A stretch of DNA of 64,000 bases, from positions 1-64,000 of the forward strand of contig UYFQ01000146.1 in the NCBI GenBank assembly GCA_900617105.1. Direction: 5' to 3'. Below the pieces are notes generated by a model. That model was not told where the DNA came from, did not search any database, and worked only from the letters and a program-made list of their open reading frames with translations. Below are positions 13,530-25,865 of the stretch, in pieces. Position numbers and translations under genes: made by a program. Position 1 is the stretch's first letter; each line of letters starts with the position of its first letter. This DNA is from Hydrurus foetidus. Taxonomy: Eukaryota.

Positions 13530-16500
13530 TTAGTCTTGATCGTATTGTCTTGGAATAATTGTTTTCATGTTGTTTTTCCGAAGGTATGTATGTACTGCCG
13601 ATACTGATTTCATCTCTGCCCATGGTTCCCAAGTGTCGTGTTCCGAAGAGTAGTTATGCCAGCGTACAAGGAATTCAAGAGTGCTGACTTTTTTCGGATT
13701 GCCACGATGAGTAACGATCGAATCGACGATGTACTCATCTCGGTCAAGGAGTGCAGTGGTGTATGCTTCGGCGGCAGAGCCGATGAAAGGTGAGACTCGA
13801 CTTGCGTGCAATTTGTGAACAATGTTAGTGATAACATTTTTACAACTGATGTCGTTCTTTGTCTGATGCAGAACTTTGTAAGGTCCGAGCATTCGAGGCG
13901 AAAGCTTAGATGAACGGAAGGAATGCGAGTTTTCGAGCGGATTCCAGAGTATAAAGTCACCAGGTTGGAACTTGTTTTGGAATGCGGGAGGCGTTAAAGA
14001 CTGCCGTTTAAGCCGTAGGGATTTTTGGTAGTCAGAGGTCACAGATCTTACAATAGAGAGATTATGGTCAAGCGAAGTGACAAGTTCGTTGTAGGTGTGA
14101 CCTGGCGAAAGCGGATCGGGCAATTTGAAACGAGAGTGATCTCGTGTGCCAAATTTAAGTTCTATTGGAGAGACACCTCCAATTTCTGCATTGGGCATCG
14201 TCATCAAGGCATGATTGATGAGTGGGAGAACTGTGTCTGATGCCCACTTGTGAGTGAAGCGTTCATCGTGGACTAGGCGACGTAGGTGTCCAAGGAACAG
14301 TGCGTTGACATGCTCAGTACCGTTGGACTCGTGGCGGCCGACAAGTGATACATGGTGAGGTACACCAATCCATTTGTTTAGTTGGTCAAGGACGTCTGAG
14401 GTGAAGGCGCTACCCGGATCGGAATAAAGGGAGTCGTAAGATCCGAAGGTACAGTAGTGTTTGAAGAGTACTGTTGCAACTGTCTGTGCGGTATAATCAC
14501 GCACCGGATAAGCTTGGGGAAACTTTGTGTCGAGTTCGACAACAAGTAATAAGCCGATGTAACCGTCCTCATCTGCAGGTGTGACAGAGACGTGGTCGAT
14601 GCCGATGGAACGGGGGTGGTGGAAGACAGTTTCGCGAATCTCATTGTTTGGAATGAGTTGCATTGGAAGGCGATCTTTTTGACACACGGGACATTCGGCA
14701 ACCAGATCTTGGACGACGCGGAGTGGAATCCCGTGACCAGGAAATCGATGACAGAGGGAAAGATAGGTGCGTTTTGCGCCATGGTGCAAGGATCGTCCTC
14801 CATGGACAGTATTGAACATATCCATGACTGTTGCAGGTGTTGAAATGGTAGAAAGGGATGATTGTGCTGTTGAAGGTAGCTGGTGCATTCGTGATAGCCA
14901 ATCTGCCACAGTGTTATCTTTACCGGGAATATGTTTGATTTCGAAGACATAGCTCTGAAGGAGTACCCGCCAGCGAACGACAATTGGGACTTGACTGGTT
15001 TCTATCCAGACTAGATTACGGTGGTCGGTCTCTAGTAGGAATGGTTTACCTCGAAGATAGTAACTAAACTGAGTGACAGCAAAGTATAATCCGTAAGCTT
15101 CCTTTTTGAAGGTGTCCCAATTGATAGCGGCGCCAGAATATTTGTGTGAGGCGAATGCTATCGGTTGATGGATGAGAGAACCTTGAGGGTTTATGAATTC
15201 TTGGAACAAGACAGCACCTACGGCATGATCGGAGGAGTCCGATCGAATTACCCAAGGTAGAGTGTAATCTGGAAAATGCAGTGTTACTGACTGTGTGATG
15301 GCTATTTTGAAGAGTTCAAATAGGTGTTTATAGTCGGTTTTCCATGTAGAGCTGTCCCAGTTGAAGCTAGCAGCAGTGCATTCGTATAACGCAGATGCCC
15401 ATGAGGCGAAGTTGGGAATGTGGGTATGAAAAAAGTTTGCTGCTCCTAAGAAACTTTGCATTTGTTTCTGTGTTGTAGGGAAGACCATAGAGGAGATGGC
15501 AGCTTTGCGTGCGTCTGAGAGCTGCCAAGATCCTGGGTGAACTTCGTAGCCGAAGAAAGTGACAACGTCGGTCCCGATCCACGATTTTTTCATCTTCAAA
15601 ACCAGACCGTATCTTTGGCAGCGACGTAGTACTTCTTCAAGTTTACTGTAAGCATCGTTGTAATCGGAGGCGAGAATCAAAAAATTGTCGAAAATAACAA
15701 TAATCCAGTCGGTGAAGTCTGCAAAGATTTGACGGACTATGGACTGAAGGATACCAGATGCTGGGCCAACTCCTTCTGGAAGGAACTTTGGACGGAATAG
15801 TCCCCATGGTGTAGATACAGAAAGGAGGTTGGAGCTGAAGTCGTCTATAGGAATTTGGTGGAATGAGTTTGTCATATCCAGATCCACAAAAACTTTCCAT
15901 CCTGCCGCTTTTGCGAGAGACTGTTGAACATGTGGTATTGGTTCTTGTGGAATACTAATGAAAGGATTGATAGGGCGATAGTCGCCACAGAGTCTTATGA
16001 AGGGAGCAGTAGCTTTTGGTGCAATCACTAGTGGACAAGCGATTGCAGATGTCGATGGTTCGTAGAAGTATGTTCGCATGCGGTCAAACTCGGTTTTAGC
16101 GTCTTGATACAAGGCCTCTCGAACAGGTCGAGCCCGTGCTTTAAGGTGATCAGGTATTCCAGGTTTGACGTCAAGATGTATTGGTGACATGTCAATGCCC
16201 TTCCACGTATGTGGGACAAAAACATCATAAGCAAGTTCTGATTGAAGGAGGTCCATGATAGCTGGACAAGCAGCAAGTATGCCAGGAGTAACGTGCGTTA
16301 TGAGATCAGCGTCATATGCTGCTCGAGCTTCTTGTGGAGTGGTTGTTAGGTAAGTTAGGATGTCGTCGGGGAAACTAGTTGGATCAGGAGTACTGAGTTC
16401 TTCGGGTGCAAGAGAGTCGATAGGTTTTGACCAAGGTTGGAGTATGTCACCAGGATCTGGGGAGCTTAGCAACGCAGTTAACATGTCGTATTGAGTTTCT

Positions 16501-17267
16501 ACACGATTGTCAGCAAATGCGTGACCAAGTCGAGGATGAGTAAGAACATTAGTGATTGTTCCATCCTCAAGTGCGAGTAGATGTATGTCAGTAGTAGCAC
16601 TAGTGCAAATAATATTCTTGCGTTGCACATAGTCTTCATTACATTTTCGCAATTTTCTTGTTGCACACTCTATCTCATGATGGTTTTGTTTCAGACGAAG
16701 TTGATTAATTGTTTTTGTTGCTTTTGTCAAATTTGTTCCAAGATCGTTGGTGATCAAAAGTTGGCGAGCTGTTACGATGGAATCAGCGAAGAGGTCATAA
16801 AACGGTCCGATAAGATCAATCAATCCAATGATAATGTCATGACTCAAATCGTCAAGGACGCTGTACCAGAGCAGGTGTTGGTGATTGTTGTCGGTAGAAT
16901 CGAATACACTTATGGTAAGAGGAACTTCAAGTTGGATTGATAGGAAGCGAGCGTCGCCTAAGCGAACTATTCGATCTATTGGGCGACTGAGATTAGTAAC
17001 AGTCTCAGGAAGGCTATCAAATAGTTGTCTGGAGATGAAGTTGCTGCCTTGTGCTCCTGTGTCAAGTAAACCTCGTGTGAAGTTGATTGGTTCGTTGTCA
17101 GTCACGATGGTACCAGCGCGAATGAAGGGCTGGCACAGTATCTGTGAAGATGTAGATGTGGCAGCTGCCAGTTGATTGAGCATGGCTTGCGTTAAGACTT
17201 TGTCGGGATCAAATACAGTCGGATGTGCGTAGTCGTTTAAGGGGGCGAGGTGATCTTCCACATGCAT
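13530..17267 (-). CDS. pol: Gypsy A Pol polyprotein (protease-RT-RNase H-integrase-chromodomain)
   Basis: LLDTGA, RLCGDYR, IFDN at the YxDD position, SDSSDHAVG, TDHRNL, HHCC finger, SDPGS..ESNGTE, and chromodomain YIVDSIVTHR..FLVRW..DTWEP. Confidence 0.95.
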   Translation of the reverse strand: MHVEDHLAPLNDYAHPTVFDPDKVLTQAMLNQLAAATSTSSQILCQPFIRAGTIVTDNEPINFTRGLLDTGAQGSNFISRQLFDSLPETVTNLSRPIDRIVRLGDARFLSIQLEVPLTISVFDSTDNNHQHLLWYSVLDDLSHDIIIGLIDLIGPFYDLFADSIVTARQLLITNDLGTNLTKATKTINQLRLKQNHHEIECATRKLRKCNEDYVQRKNIICTSATTDIHLLALEDGTITNVLTHPRLGHAFADNRVETQYDMLTALLSSPDPGDILQPWSKPIDSLAPEELSTPDPTSFPDDILTYLTTTPQEARAAYDADLITHVTPGILAACPAIMDLLQSELAYDVFVPHTWKGIDMSPIHLDVKPGIPDHLKARARPVREALYQDAKTEFDRMRTYFYEPSTSAIACPLVIAPKATAPFIRLCGDYRPINPFISIPQEPIPHVQQSLAKAAGWKVFVDLDMTNSFHQIPIDDFSSNLLSVSTPWGLFRPKFLPEGVGPASGILQSIVRQIFADFTDWIIVIFDNFLILASDYNDAYSKLEEVLRRCQRYGLVLKMKKSWIGTDVVTFFGYEVHPGSWQLSDARKAAISSMVFPTTQKQMQSFLGAANFFHTHIPNFASWASALYECTAASFNWDSSTWKTDYKHLFELFKIAITQSVTLHFPDYTLPWVIRSDSSDHAVGAVLFQEFINPQGSLIHQPIAFASHKYSGAAINWDTFKKEAYGLYFAVTQFSYYLRGKPFLLETDHRNLVWIETSQVPIVVRWRVLLQSYVFEIKHIPGKDNTVADWLSRMHQLPSTAQSSLSTISTPATVMDMFNTVHGGRSLHHGAKRTYLSLCHRFPGHGIPLRVVQDLVAECPVCQKDRLPMQLIPNNEIRETVFHHPRSIGIDHVSVTPADEDGYIGLLLVVELDTKFPQAYPVRDYTAQTVATVLFKHYCTFGSYDSLYSDPGSAFTSDVLDQLNKWIGVPHHVSLVGRHESNGTEHVNALFLGHLRRLVHDERFTHKWASDTVLPLINHALMTMPNAEIGGVSPIELKFGTRDHSRFKLPDPLSPGHTYNELVTSLDHNLSIVRSVTSDYQKSLRLKRQSLTPPAFQNKFQPGDFILWNPLENSHSFRSSKLSPRMLGPYKVLHQTKNDISCKNVITNIVHKLHASRVSPFIGSAAEAYTTALLDRDEYIVDSIVTHRGNPKKVSTLEFLVRWHNYSSEHDTWEPWAEMKSVSAVHTYLRKNNMKTIIPRQYDQD

Positions 17268-17294
17268 GTCAGCAAAGGAAGGCCTCGCAGATTC

Positions 17295-19004
17295 CTATTT
17301 GTGGTACGGACGAGTAGTTGTCGTTGAGACATGAGGCTTTGTAGCTGCAGGAAGATATGGAGGTGCAGAGTTCTTGAATCCGTGGGAATTGTTTATTTTC
17401 TGTTTGTTGGTTGGTTCAAGTTTTGGAGAAGACCATTGTTCTAGCTGTCCATGTTGTTGTAGCTCTCGTTTGGCAAGTAGAGTAAATGACTGAATACACC
17501 GTTCCTGACCTGCAGCCGAATGATCAAAAGTGCAACCAGAGTGCTGGCGCATGCATTTACCGTAGACGAATGCTTCACTGCAATATCCACGGAAGGTCGC
17601 AGAAACAGCTGAACGGGAGCGATGCTGATCTGCGTTTATTGCAAGGAGGAAATCATTGTCTGTAGGTGTCGTGTTTGTATCATTCTGGTCATCAAATTCT
17701 TCAGTTGAGATTTCAAGCGCATCCTCCTTTTCTATGTCTTCATCATTGTTATCGTCATCGATGGAGTTTGACGTTTGTCGAGAAGAGATCTCTAGCGAAG
17801 AGAAGTTGGACTGCCGATGTTGGTCGTGTTTACGAGGAGTAACAAACGGTGGACGGCTTGGTGTAGATATCTGATGTCGGGTATGCGATTCCGCTTGAGT
17901 GTATCGTAAATCCTCATAGCGAATAGGGGTTAGCTTTGCATCGAAGTCTTGACGAGCCTCGCTTTGGGCGCGGCCCTCCATTAGTCTGGCTCTGATAAAC
18001 TTGACTGATGCCTCAAGAGTCTTGTGTTTGACGAGTTCGTCTTTGCTAAGCCATTGTGTACCCAATGATATTAGCCATAAGGCAATTTGACCAGGACTGT
18101 CCCTTGTTCCATAGCCGCAGACTGGAATCTTTGCCTTGTTAGTGCTGTGATTGGAGGTTTCTTCTGACATGAGCTCGTAGAGGTGGAGCAAGTCGGTGAG
18201 TGACTTCATCAGTGGAGCGTAGAATGTGCTAGAGAAGTTGTCGGTGGTTATGGAGGGAGTCTGTGGGATTCCTTTGCCAAGAAACAGAATTAGTTCCTTG
18301 GAGTAAAGCTCTTTTGTTCTTGGTCTTGCAGCCTCCACCAAAATAGCTTGTACCTCTGAATTTGATAAAGAGAGCCAATCTTCAACCATTATTTCGTTGG
18401 TTTCTATTCCGGTAATTAGGGATTCTCGATAACGGTGGGAGTTCCACGAGGCTATCACATGCGGGCGAAGGTTGTAGGAGACCATGTGGGCCATTTTGAT
18501 ATCACGACCGGGGTATTTGGAGGACAATAGTTGAAGTTGTCGAGCCAGATACTGGAGGCCTTCCAACGAACTGACTTTCAGCTCTTTGTCGTACACAATA
18601 TCTGCTTGGAGCACTTGGATATTTGGTTTCAGTGGCGTATCAATGAGCGGCGTATCTGATGGCGGTGAACTTAATGGAAGTTAGGAAATTCCGAAGAACA
18701 TTGAGGATCTTCTGCTACCACGGGATTTGATTGGGAGAGGTGTTTCCATGCTTTCGTCACCCATTGGAGATTGAGAGCTTGATCGATTGATTGCGATGAT
18801 GGCGTCTTTGAGTTCGTTAATGTCGGCACGATTGCTTGCTTTGTTTTCGTTACTCGATTTCAGAAAGTGAGCGAACATATTCTTGAGCTCCAGAATCGAA
18901 TTTTCGATTGGGTTTTCCTTCGAGACATCCATCTTCTTTTTTAAGTCTTCCTTCTTGGCATCTTCTTTCAAAGGTTGGATTTGGCTTCCTGTTCCTTCAG
19001 ACAT
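17295..19004 (-). CDS. gag: Gypsy A Gag (one in-frame TAA at 18681-18683)
   Basis: ORFs 18681-19073 and 17295-18614 are in the same frame, between the 5' LTR and pol; Cys/His motif C-x7-C-x6-C-x3-H near the C-terminus. Confidence 0.75.
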
Positions 19005-19198
19005 AGTCGAAGCAAGAAAAGAGAATTGTAGTCTTGGTTTCTTGAATAGGTTTCTTGATTCAAGATTGAGCACTTACCTCAGAGATTCGGAATCTCTCTG
19101 AGCCAGGGCGATCACTGCTTTCTGGCGGATAAGAGACGAATCAACTGAGGGAAATCGTTCCTTTAACGTTTTCTCGTGGTTACTAGAAATATATATTT

Positions 19199-19521
19199 AT
19201 GCTGTGTCACGGTTCAGCAAACTGGCTGAAGATAAACGTTGGTTCTGGAGTTGAGCAAATCGGCTCAACTGGAGATCTTGTCAGACTACTTGGACTGATC
19301 AAGGCGGTTGGTTGACTCAAAGGAGTCGAAGTCGGTTGGAGTTTATTAACGGTAGTTATTAAGATGTGAAAGGAGTGTGAGATTAGCTACGATAGAGTGC
19401 AACTCGAGTTGACGTTGTCGAACAGTCAGAAACCGAAAACTGGTACGAAAAACTAGTGGTTACAACTAACGTGCGATTTGTCAGTACATACGTGCATGCA
19501 ATATATAGTGTAACCATAACA
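19199..19521 (-). repeat. 5' LTR of Gypsy A
   Basis: Near-identical to 11972-12294. Confidence 0.93.
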
Positions 19522-20778
19522 CTACTGCTGATCATCATATCATCAACATGGATAACTAAAGTAGTCTGAGTGGAATCTAGCTCAGTCCTATTGAATACAC
19601 ATATGTCTGATGGATTTACCTTATAGCCTAACTCTGTCAAGCCTGATGATATTTTATCGTACCATAACTTAGCTGACTCTACACATCCATATAATGCTTT
19701 CTTAAGCTTAACTACTACTGTTCCTTTCTCATTTACATACTACTGATAGGACTTGTCGATGCTAACTAATATGTTAGTCAAATATTTATTCAGTCTCATC
19801 AGCACTGCATGGTCACCGTCTAGTGGCATATCACTGTTGAGGAATGCACCAGGAAAATCGATCGTAGCGACCGCTCGATTTTCACTAGCAGCAATTGCAG
19901 CAACAATAAATACGCTAGTGGTGCTAACAGTTGGTGATGAACCGTTATCATATATGTTTCTATCTTGTAGATGACCTCCTGCTACGAGTCTAGATTTTAG
20001 CTTATCAAATTTACCATCTGCTGTATACTTATCTTTCAAGAACATTCTGCTGGTTATGATACTTTTCCTCTGATTGTAACTAAGACTGTTGAGGTGAACT
20101 GCCTCCCACACATTCTTATCACACATCTGTTGTAACTCTTTTTTAATGGAATCTACGGCTATCTCGCCTAATTTCTGTACTCCTTCTGTTACGGTCATGT
20201 TCATCATGTACTTACACATAACTGAATCTTTGTTGCTAGGTATACTTAAACCTACTAATCTCTTATTCCATCTACCTGGTTGATGGTTTCTAGCACTACG
20301 TCTGGGTTGTTTATCTAGAATTTCCTCTGACTTGCTATTTTCTGTGGTGGGGGTATCTACCTCATCATCACTGTCTACACCAAATATATCATTCATTAAT
20401 GCATCGGGGTCAGTTGGTGTATCGTCATACACTACATCCTCTCCTTCATTAACGTATATATCATTTGGTATGTATTCTGTTAATTGTTCGAACTCTGATT
20501 CGTAAGCTACATCAGAATTGCCATCGTATGAGTCAAAATTATTTGCTATCTCATGATGCACAAATTCGTCCTCTGTAGGATAACTATACGGTGTTATCAT
20601 GTCAGGTGTCTGCAACTCAAATTCATCGTTGGAGTAATCATTTCCATCGTCTTCGAGGATTTGATTACTCTGTTCGAAAATAGGTTGCTTGATATTCACT
20701 GACATATTTAATTTCCTCTCAGATGCTAACTTATCGAGGTAACTGATAACATCATCTGTCATTGGTAAGCTAGTAGCC
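19522..20778 (-). pseudogene. Copia A integrase C-terminal tail and RT N-terminus
   Basis: Motifs KLKSRLVAGG, IDFPGAFLN, LKKALYG and IHVDD; in-frame stop at 19740. Confidence 0.9.
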
Positions 20779-21621
20779 GTGGACGGGCCTTCCCATCAGG
20801 AAGTTGGCCGCGTCCTGGATGGCATCGGCCATGGTCTGCGGCCATGACCGAACCTTATTTTTAAACGTATTTATATATTCTGAATAGTTTGTATTCAGTC
20901 CAGTTATAAATAGAATAGAATAGAACTCATCTGTGTGTTCTGGGGCGTCTTCGTCCGCCAACCTGTACGCTTCGTTCTTCACAAAAAGTAGCGTCCTACA
21001 CCTACTATAGTATGCAGCTAGGTCTTCGTGCATAGTCATTTTGTTATTATAGAAATTTCTAACTGCAGTAATGGTGTTATAAGTTTCTCCATACCTTTTG
21101 TTGCTCATGTGTGTTGCAACCACACATGTCAACAGACCGCGTGGATCGCACTCCTCCATGGCTCTCTTCCCAGCAGGCATCTCGTTCACCCGCGTCTGCG
21201 ATGCCTCCGACATCTGACCTAATAATACACCATATAGCTTTGCACAATCTTTTATAAGTAATTCATCTGCAGCATCGTATTTCTTACGTGCTGTTTTCCA
21301 TCTCTCTATCGTGACGAGGCCTGCTCCCTCCGGCGGATCTTCAGGTTCCACCTGCTCCACATAATCGTAGAGAATCCCGTCGATACCTATAATTTCTTTT
21401 ACAGTGGATTCATAAGTACTGTACATATATACTCGAAAACATTCGAGCCATTTCAACACAGATTCTGGATCTGCCGCTTGTCCTCGCGGCAAATCCAGGT
21501 AAGCACCTACCTCGGGCTTCCTACCTTTAGATATGGGTTTATGAGGCTCTCCTTGTCCTCTACCATATCGACCCCTGCCCCCGCCACGGGACTGGAATCT
21601 TCCATCGCCTCGTCCTCTCAT
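20770..21621 (-). pseudogene. gag: Copia A Gag, truncated by the internal deletion
   Basis: RGG-rich N-terminus; homologous to Copia C Gag (GAYLDLP, LYGV.LGQMSE.S.TRV). Confidence 0.85.
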
Positions 21622-21676
21622 CCTTGCAATGCTTTTGCAACTTCTAGCTAATCTATCTAAGGATGACTGTCGTTTA

Positions 21677-21955
21677 TGTTGGAAATCTGCGCGATTTACA
21701 AGGAATTTCTTCCGAGTTCCCAAACGATCCCTGCACTTCCGACTGCTAGCAACGCTCGCTCAAAAGAGAAGAAGACGTTCTATTCGGTAAGTTGGATTAA
21801 ACGACAGTGACATGCTATCGATTACATCTAGGTAGCATAACATGAGTGCGAGGGTTGCGGTCAATGTGATCGCTGAATGTACGTACACCCGTGCATGAAA
21901 ACAATCATACATCACACAGGGTACAAGATCCTAGTCTAATCCGGATATCACAACA
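21677..21955 (-). repeat. 5' LTR of Copia A
   Basis: Direct repeat of 10202-10480. Confidence 0.95.
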
Positions 21956-22015
21956 AACAGCCTGTAGACAACACAGCGCTCGCCCTGTGGGCGGTGACTT
22001 TTTTTTTAAACGCAT

Positions 22016-22292
22016 ATTGTGGTTTCACTTTTGATTGGCAGCACTCCCCCCCCAGAGAGTTGTGAAAAACACCGCGCGCCATCAGAGAACTCAACTCGGC
22101 ACCAAAAATTTGCCGACAGGGGGGTCTAATTTCGTTTTTTTTCTAGAATCTGACCCAGGGACCAAGATTTTTTGCAAATAGACCCCCCTGGTCGGTAAAT
22201 TTTTGTTGCCAAGTTGACTTCCCTGATGGCGCGCAGTGTTTTTCACAACTCTCTGGGGGGGATCTGCTGCCAATTAAAAGTGAAACCACAAT
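22016..22292. repeat. ~277-bp imperfect palindrome (MITE-like)
   Basis: Arms of ~130 bp (ATTGTGGTTTCACTTTT... / ...AAAAGTGAAACCACAAT) are reverse complements with scattered mismatches. Confidence 0.85.
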
Positions 22293-22534
22293 TGGACCTA
22301 TTCCAACTGACTCGGGTGGTGCTTTTTAGGATAAAAATAGAGATAAAATCAGACTCGTCAAATTTTAAATCGATTTTTGCTCGACTCGAGACTCTATAAA
22401 ACCAAAACAAGAGTTGATGGCTAAAAACAAGAGTTGAGCTAAAAGAGCTAGTAAAATTCAGAACGAGGTACCTCTCACGACATTTTGAATTGCAGGCTGA
22501 TTAGATTCCTCGACAACAAAAATCATCATCTCAA

Positions 22535-23938
22535 ATGTCGGACATCGATGACGGAAGCAGCAGTGACAGTGGTAGCTCTGTCGCTAGTTCGAAGTCAACC
22601 AAAAGCTCACGGACTCCAGTAAGCTCCGGGAAAATAGACACTGTCGTTGCCAGCAACGCCACTGCAAGCGATAAATCTGCTGCTGTGGGATTGGTGGATG
22701 ACTTCTCAACTCCGACAGCATCGTCAAAGAAAAAGGTTGTCCGCAGGATCAACCTACAAATCCAGGCGGACAACGCAGCGAAAGCATCCGAGAAAGTAGT
22801 CAAAATCTCGAAATCGTCAAAAAAAACCGGCGAAGCAGTCCAAATTCGATCCTGAAATGCTGTCTGAGAATACTGCGAGAACTACAGAGAAAGTGTCAAC
22901 CAAACAGGGTGAAATCGATGCATCTGCAGCAGTCACTCACGTCACTGTTAATGGCGTTAGCTTTCCTCTTCAAGCTGCGAAGACCGTTTGGACAACAGCC
23001 GAGACACTCGACCTGATAAAGGTCCTATGCATTTCATCATCCAGCAAACATGACGTCACCTAAGAAATCGGATGTCAGAGACGATCACTTTGTACTAACT
23101 ACTCTATTTTCAGGCGTACAAGAAGTGGGACAACATGACCAAAACCTCCCAGAGTAAGAAGCTCTGCTCACTAAGCAAGGTCTGGTTGGTGAACATACCT
23201 CTTCTGATGGGCAATAGTTTCGGGAAAGTGAGATACTGTCCCAAGGACCAGCTGGCGAACTCCCCATATCAATCCAAATGGATTCTGTTGCGCCGAAAAG
23301 TTAGCGATTACAATGCAGCTCAGGTGGATGGAAGAGAGGAAGAGCTCCCAGATGTGGAGGGGCCTACAGGTGGCGGGGTTGATGAGAACGGGCTGGAAGA
23401 TGATCGGATGCTAAACGCTGCTGCTGTCGATCAGGCTCGTGATATGAAACGCAACAATCGTTTCGTCAACGCTGATATAGATGAGGAGACATTAAAAATA
23501 ATCAGCTTCTTCAATGAGTCATTTCCGGAGTCCGTTTCAGGCGTGGGCTTGATGTCAGAAACTGAGGCTACTGGCGGTGGTGATAGAAAGAGAGGTTTTT
23601 GCAATATCGACGGCTTGAACAATGATGCGCTTGCTGACGATCCGACTGGTCCACCGACGAAAAAAATCTCAAAATCGTCTTTGATCATCGACTTGACGAA
23701 GACATCAATACAGCAGCACGAAGAGATGATGGCATTTAATAAGTCTAATCTCGAATATCAGAAGGAAAGCAGAACTCAAGATATCGCTAGACGCCATGAT
23801 AGAGATGTTCGTGAGCATGAGTACCGTCAGAAGCAGGATACGATAAGTCAACAGAGATACGCAGAGACACGTGAAGATGCGAAGGAAATGCAAGGAACTT
23901 TTGCAGATATTCTGAAAACATTGGTGAATAAGCTGTAA
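22535..23938 (+). pseudogene. Harbinger second ORF (probable Myb/SANT-like DNA-binding protein), frameshifted
   Basis: Fragments 22535-22855, 22857-23063 and 23135-23938 contain WTTAETLDLI and QSKWILLRRK (Myb/SANT-like) and a coiled-coil C-terminus. Confidence 0.6.
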
Positions 23939-23952
23939 ACTTATTACACTAA

Positions 23953-25561
23953 CTAGACGATTACGTGATTATCATATGCATAGGCTGGTGCGCCATATAT
24001 GGCTCTTAAGTTATTGAGTGTCACTATCCCACCCTCCTTGTAGTCGACCCACATATTAAACATATCGCGTAACTTGATACGATACTCGTTTACAAGAAGT
24101 TGAGCATTATGAGCGAAATTTACGCCTATGAAAGTTGTTGTAAGAAATAACATAAATTATTCATTTGGAAGAAGAAGAAAGAGGTTTAATACTCTCACCA
24201 TTGTTTGCGAGAATTCTATCGCAAGCTGCATTGATTTCAACTCTGTCTGCTACTGCTTCTGCTTCATCTCTAACTGCAGCATCTTCTTCCTCGTTGACGT
24301 CTCCAGCATCGATACAAATATTATGCAGCACGCATGCGCAAAGGATTAGTTGTGGTACCACACGAGTGCTCTCAGCAATTGAGTGCTGATGCAAGCGCCT
24401 CCATTTCATTTTGAGCAGTCCAAATGCGTTCTCAACAACGCAACGTGCACTGCTGATTCTAGAGTTGAATGAGTTTTCCAGTTGATTGACAGCTGGATAG
24501 TCAGGTGCTATAAAGCATGCCCTCTTGTGAAAGCCACCGTCAGATAGAATCATGAACGGTAGTGGGAACAACGTCTCATCTCTTCTGACAAACAGATTCC
24601 TTAAAAATCGTGATCTTGAAACAGCTCCAGTATCCGCTGTGGATCCTGGCCATCGAGCATCAGCATATATAAAACGCTTCCTATGGTCGCAGATTACCAT
24701 TAGGTTTAAGGAGTAGGCTTTTTTTCTCTTACACCAGAATTCCCTAGGAATAAAACTAACGGAAAATGGTGCAGAAATTTTGATAATACTTCCATCAATT
24801 GAACCACATAAATAAGGGATATTGCATTTATTAAAAAACCATCGAGCAGCATCCTTACGTCCTTCCTCCAATGGGAAAGATATCTTAGGGTAAGGACATC
24901 CTTGGTACCAATAGGCAGATAAGAGTGCCTTGTACCCACGATCTATACGCCTACTCACACATGGCTGCCTGACTCCGAATTCTTTTCCAAGTGCATGCTG
25001 GTCACTTTGAACCGCCAAATATCTGATCAGCGTGGCTATAACAACTTTACTTCGAAGATAACGAAATCGAGCTGACTTCAAGAAGTACGTTGGACGAGAA
25101 TAGAGGAAAGGCACACAGTCGCGCGCGATGACATTGAATGTAGCCTGAGACATTCGATACTCTTTGTACCAATCCTCATTGCAACCTCGATACATATCCC
25201 AAAACGGTTGTTCCGACTTTCGACTGGAGTCAATGCAGAACATGTCTATCGCAAGAATTTGAGTCCAAACATCCTGCTGAAACTTGCTCGCACGCTGAAA
25301 TGTAATATCCTCTTCACCATCTTCGTTGAAAACATCCCTCATGTCGAATCTTTTGGATGACGTGCGCTCGTAGGAAATAGGATCACCGTTTTTTGCAGAA
25401 ATGAAAAGTTGCATGACTGTAATCATTCCGATTATGACACCGATCAGACGCTTTCGGAACCCGTTGCCAGCATCAGCGTATTCTGCTTCATCAAGAATTT
25501 CTTCGCCCGCGACATCAACGTCAGCTTCTCGATCTCTTTTTCTCGCGTTTCGATTGTCCAT
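23953..25561 (-). CDS. PIF/Harbinger DDE transposase (HARBI1-like); intron 24198-24126
   Basis: GSIDGS, WPGSTAD, LSDGG, ARCVVENAFGLLKMKW and CVLHNIC; a 73-bp GT-AG intron joins the last exon in frame. Confidence 0.92.
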
Positions 25562-25865
25562 TTGCTAGTGAAGAACTGGAGCAGGCGCAGTTCACAGAAG
25601 AAACTGAAGTGCGAGTTCAGTAGAAATAAAGTTATTCAGGTGTCGTGGATTATAGCTGCAAATTTTAGCTCAACTCTTGTTCGGCACTTTTGACTGCCAT
25701 CCAACTCAATTGAGTCTCTACCTAAAATTTTACGTCAAAATTTTACCCAAACCTAACCCAAGTGAGTTGGAATAGGTCCAAATACGTGTCTATGTCATCA
25801 GAAGGTTGAAAGAGTGGAATATATAGCATGCATGCACCAGTAGTGCAACCTTGAGGGTAACAAAA

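Larger units (their letters stand above)
11972..19521 (-). mobile_element. Chromodomain-containing Ty3/Gypsy LTR retrotransposon A, nested in the Copia A RT gene
   Basis: 323-bp LTRs; TSD CTACT at 11967-11971 and 19522-19526; PPT GGAGGAGGGTGG next to the 3' LTR; domain order gag, PR-RT-RH-IN-chromo. Confidence 0.95.
10202..21955 (-). mobile_element. Ty1/Copia LTR retrotransposon A (internally deleted, interrupted by Gypsy A)
   Basis: Near-identical 279-bp TG...CA LTRs; TSD AACAG at 10197-10201 and 21956-21960; PPT (CACCCCC on +) next to the left LTR; gag and RT-RH remnants. Confidence 0.95.
22293..25780. mobile_element. PIF/Harbinger-superfamily DNA transposon
   Basis: TIRs TGGACCTATTCCAACT / AGTTGGAATAGGTCCA; 3-bp AAT on both flanks; two convergent genes. 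Confidence 0.9.

Noticed and set aside
19499..19507. AATATATA in the Gypsy A LTR as a self-primer complement
   Set aside because: Short, low-complexity and only ~15 nt from the LTR start; more likely a TATA-like sequence.
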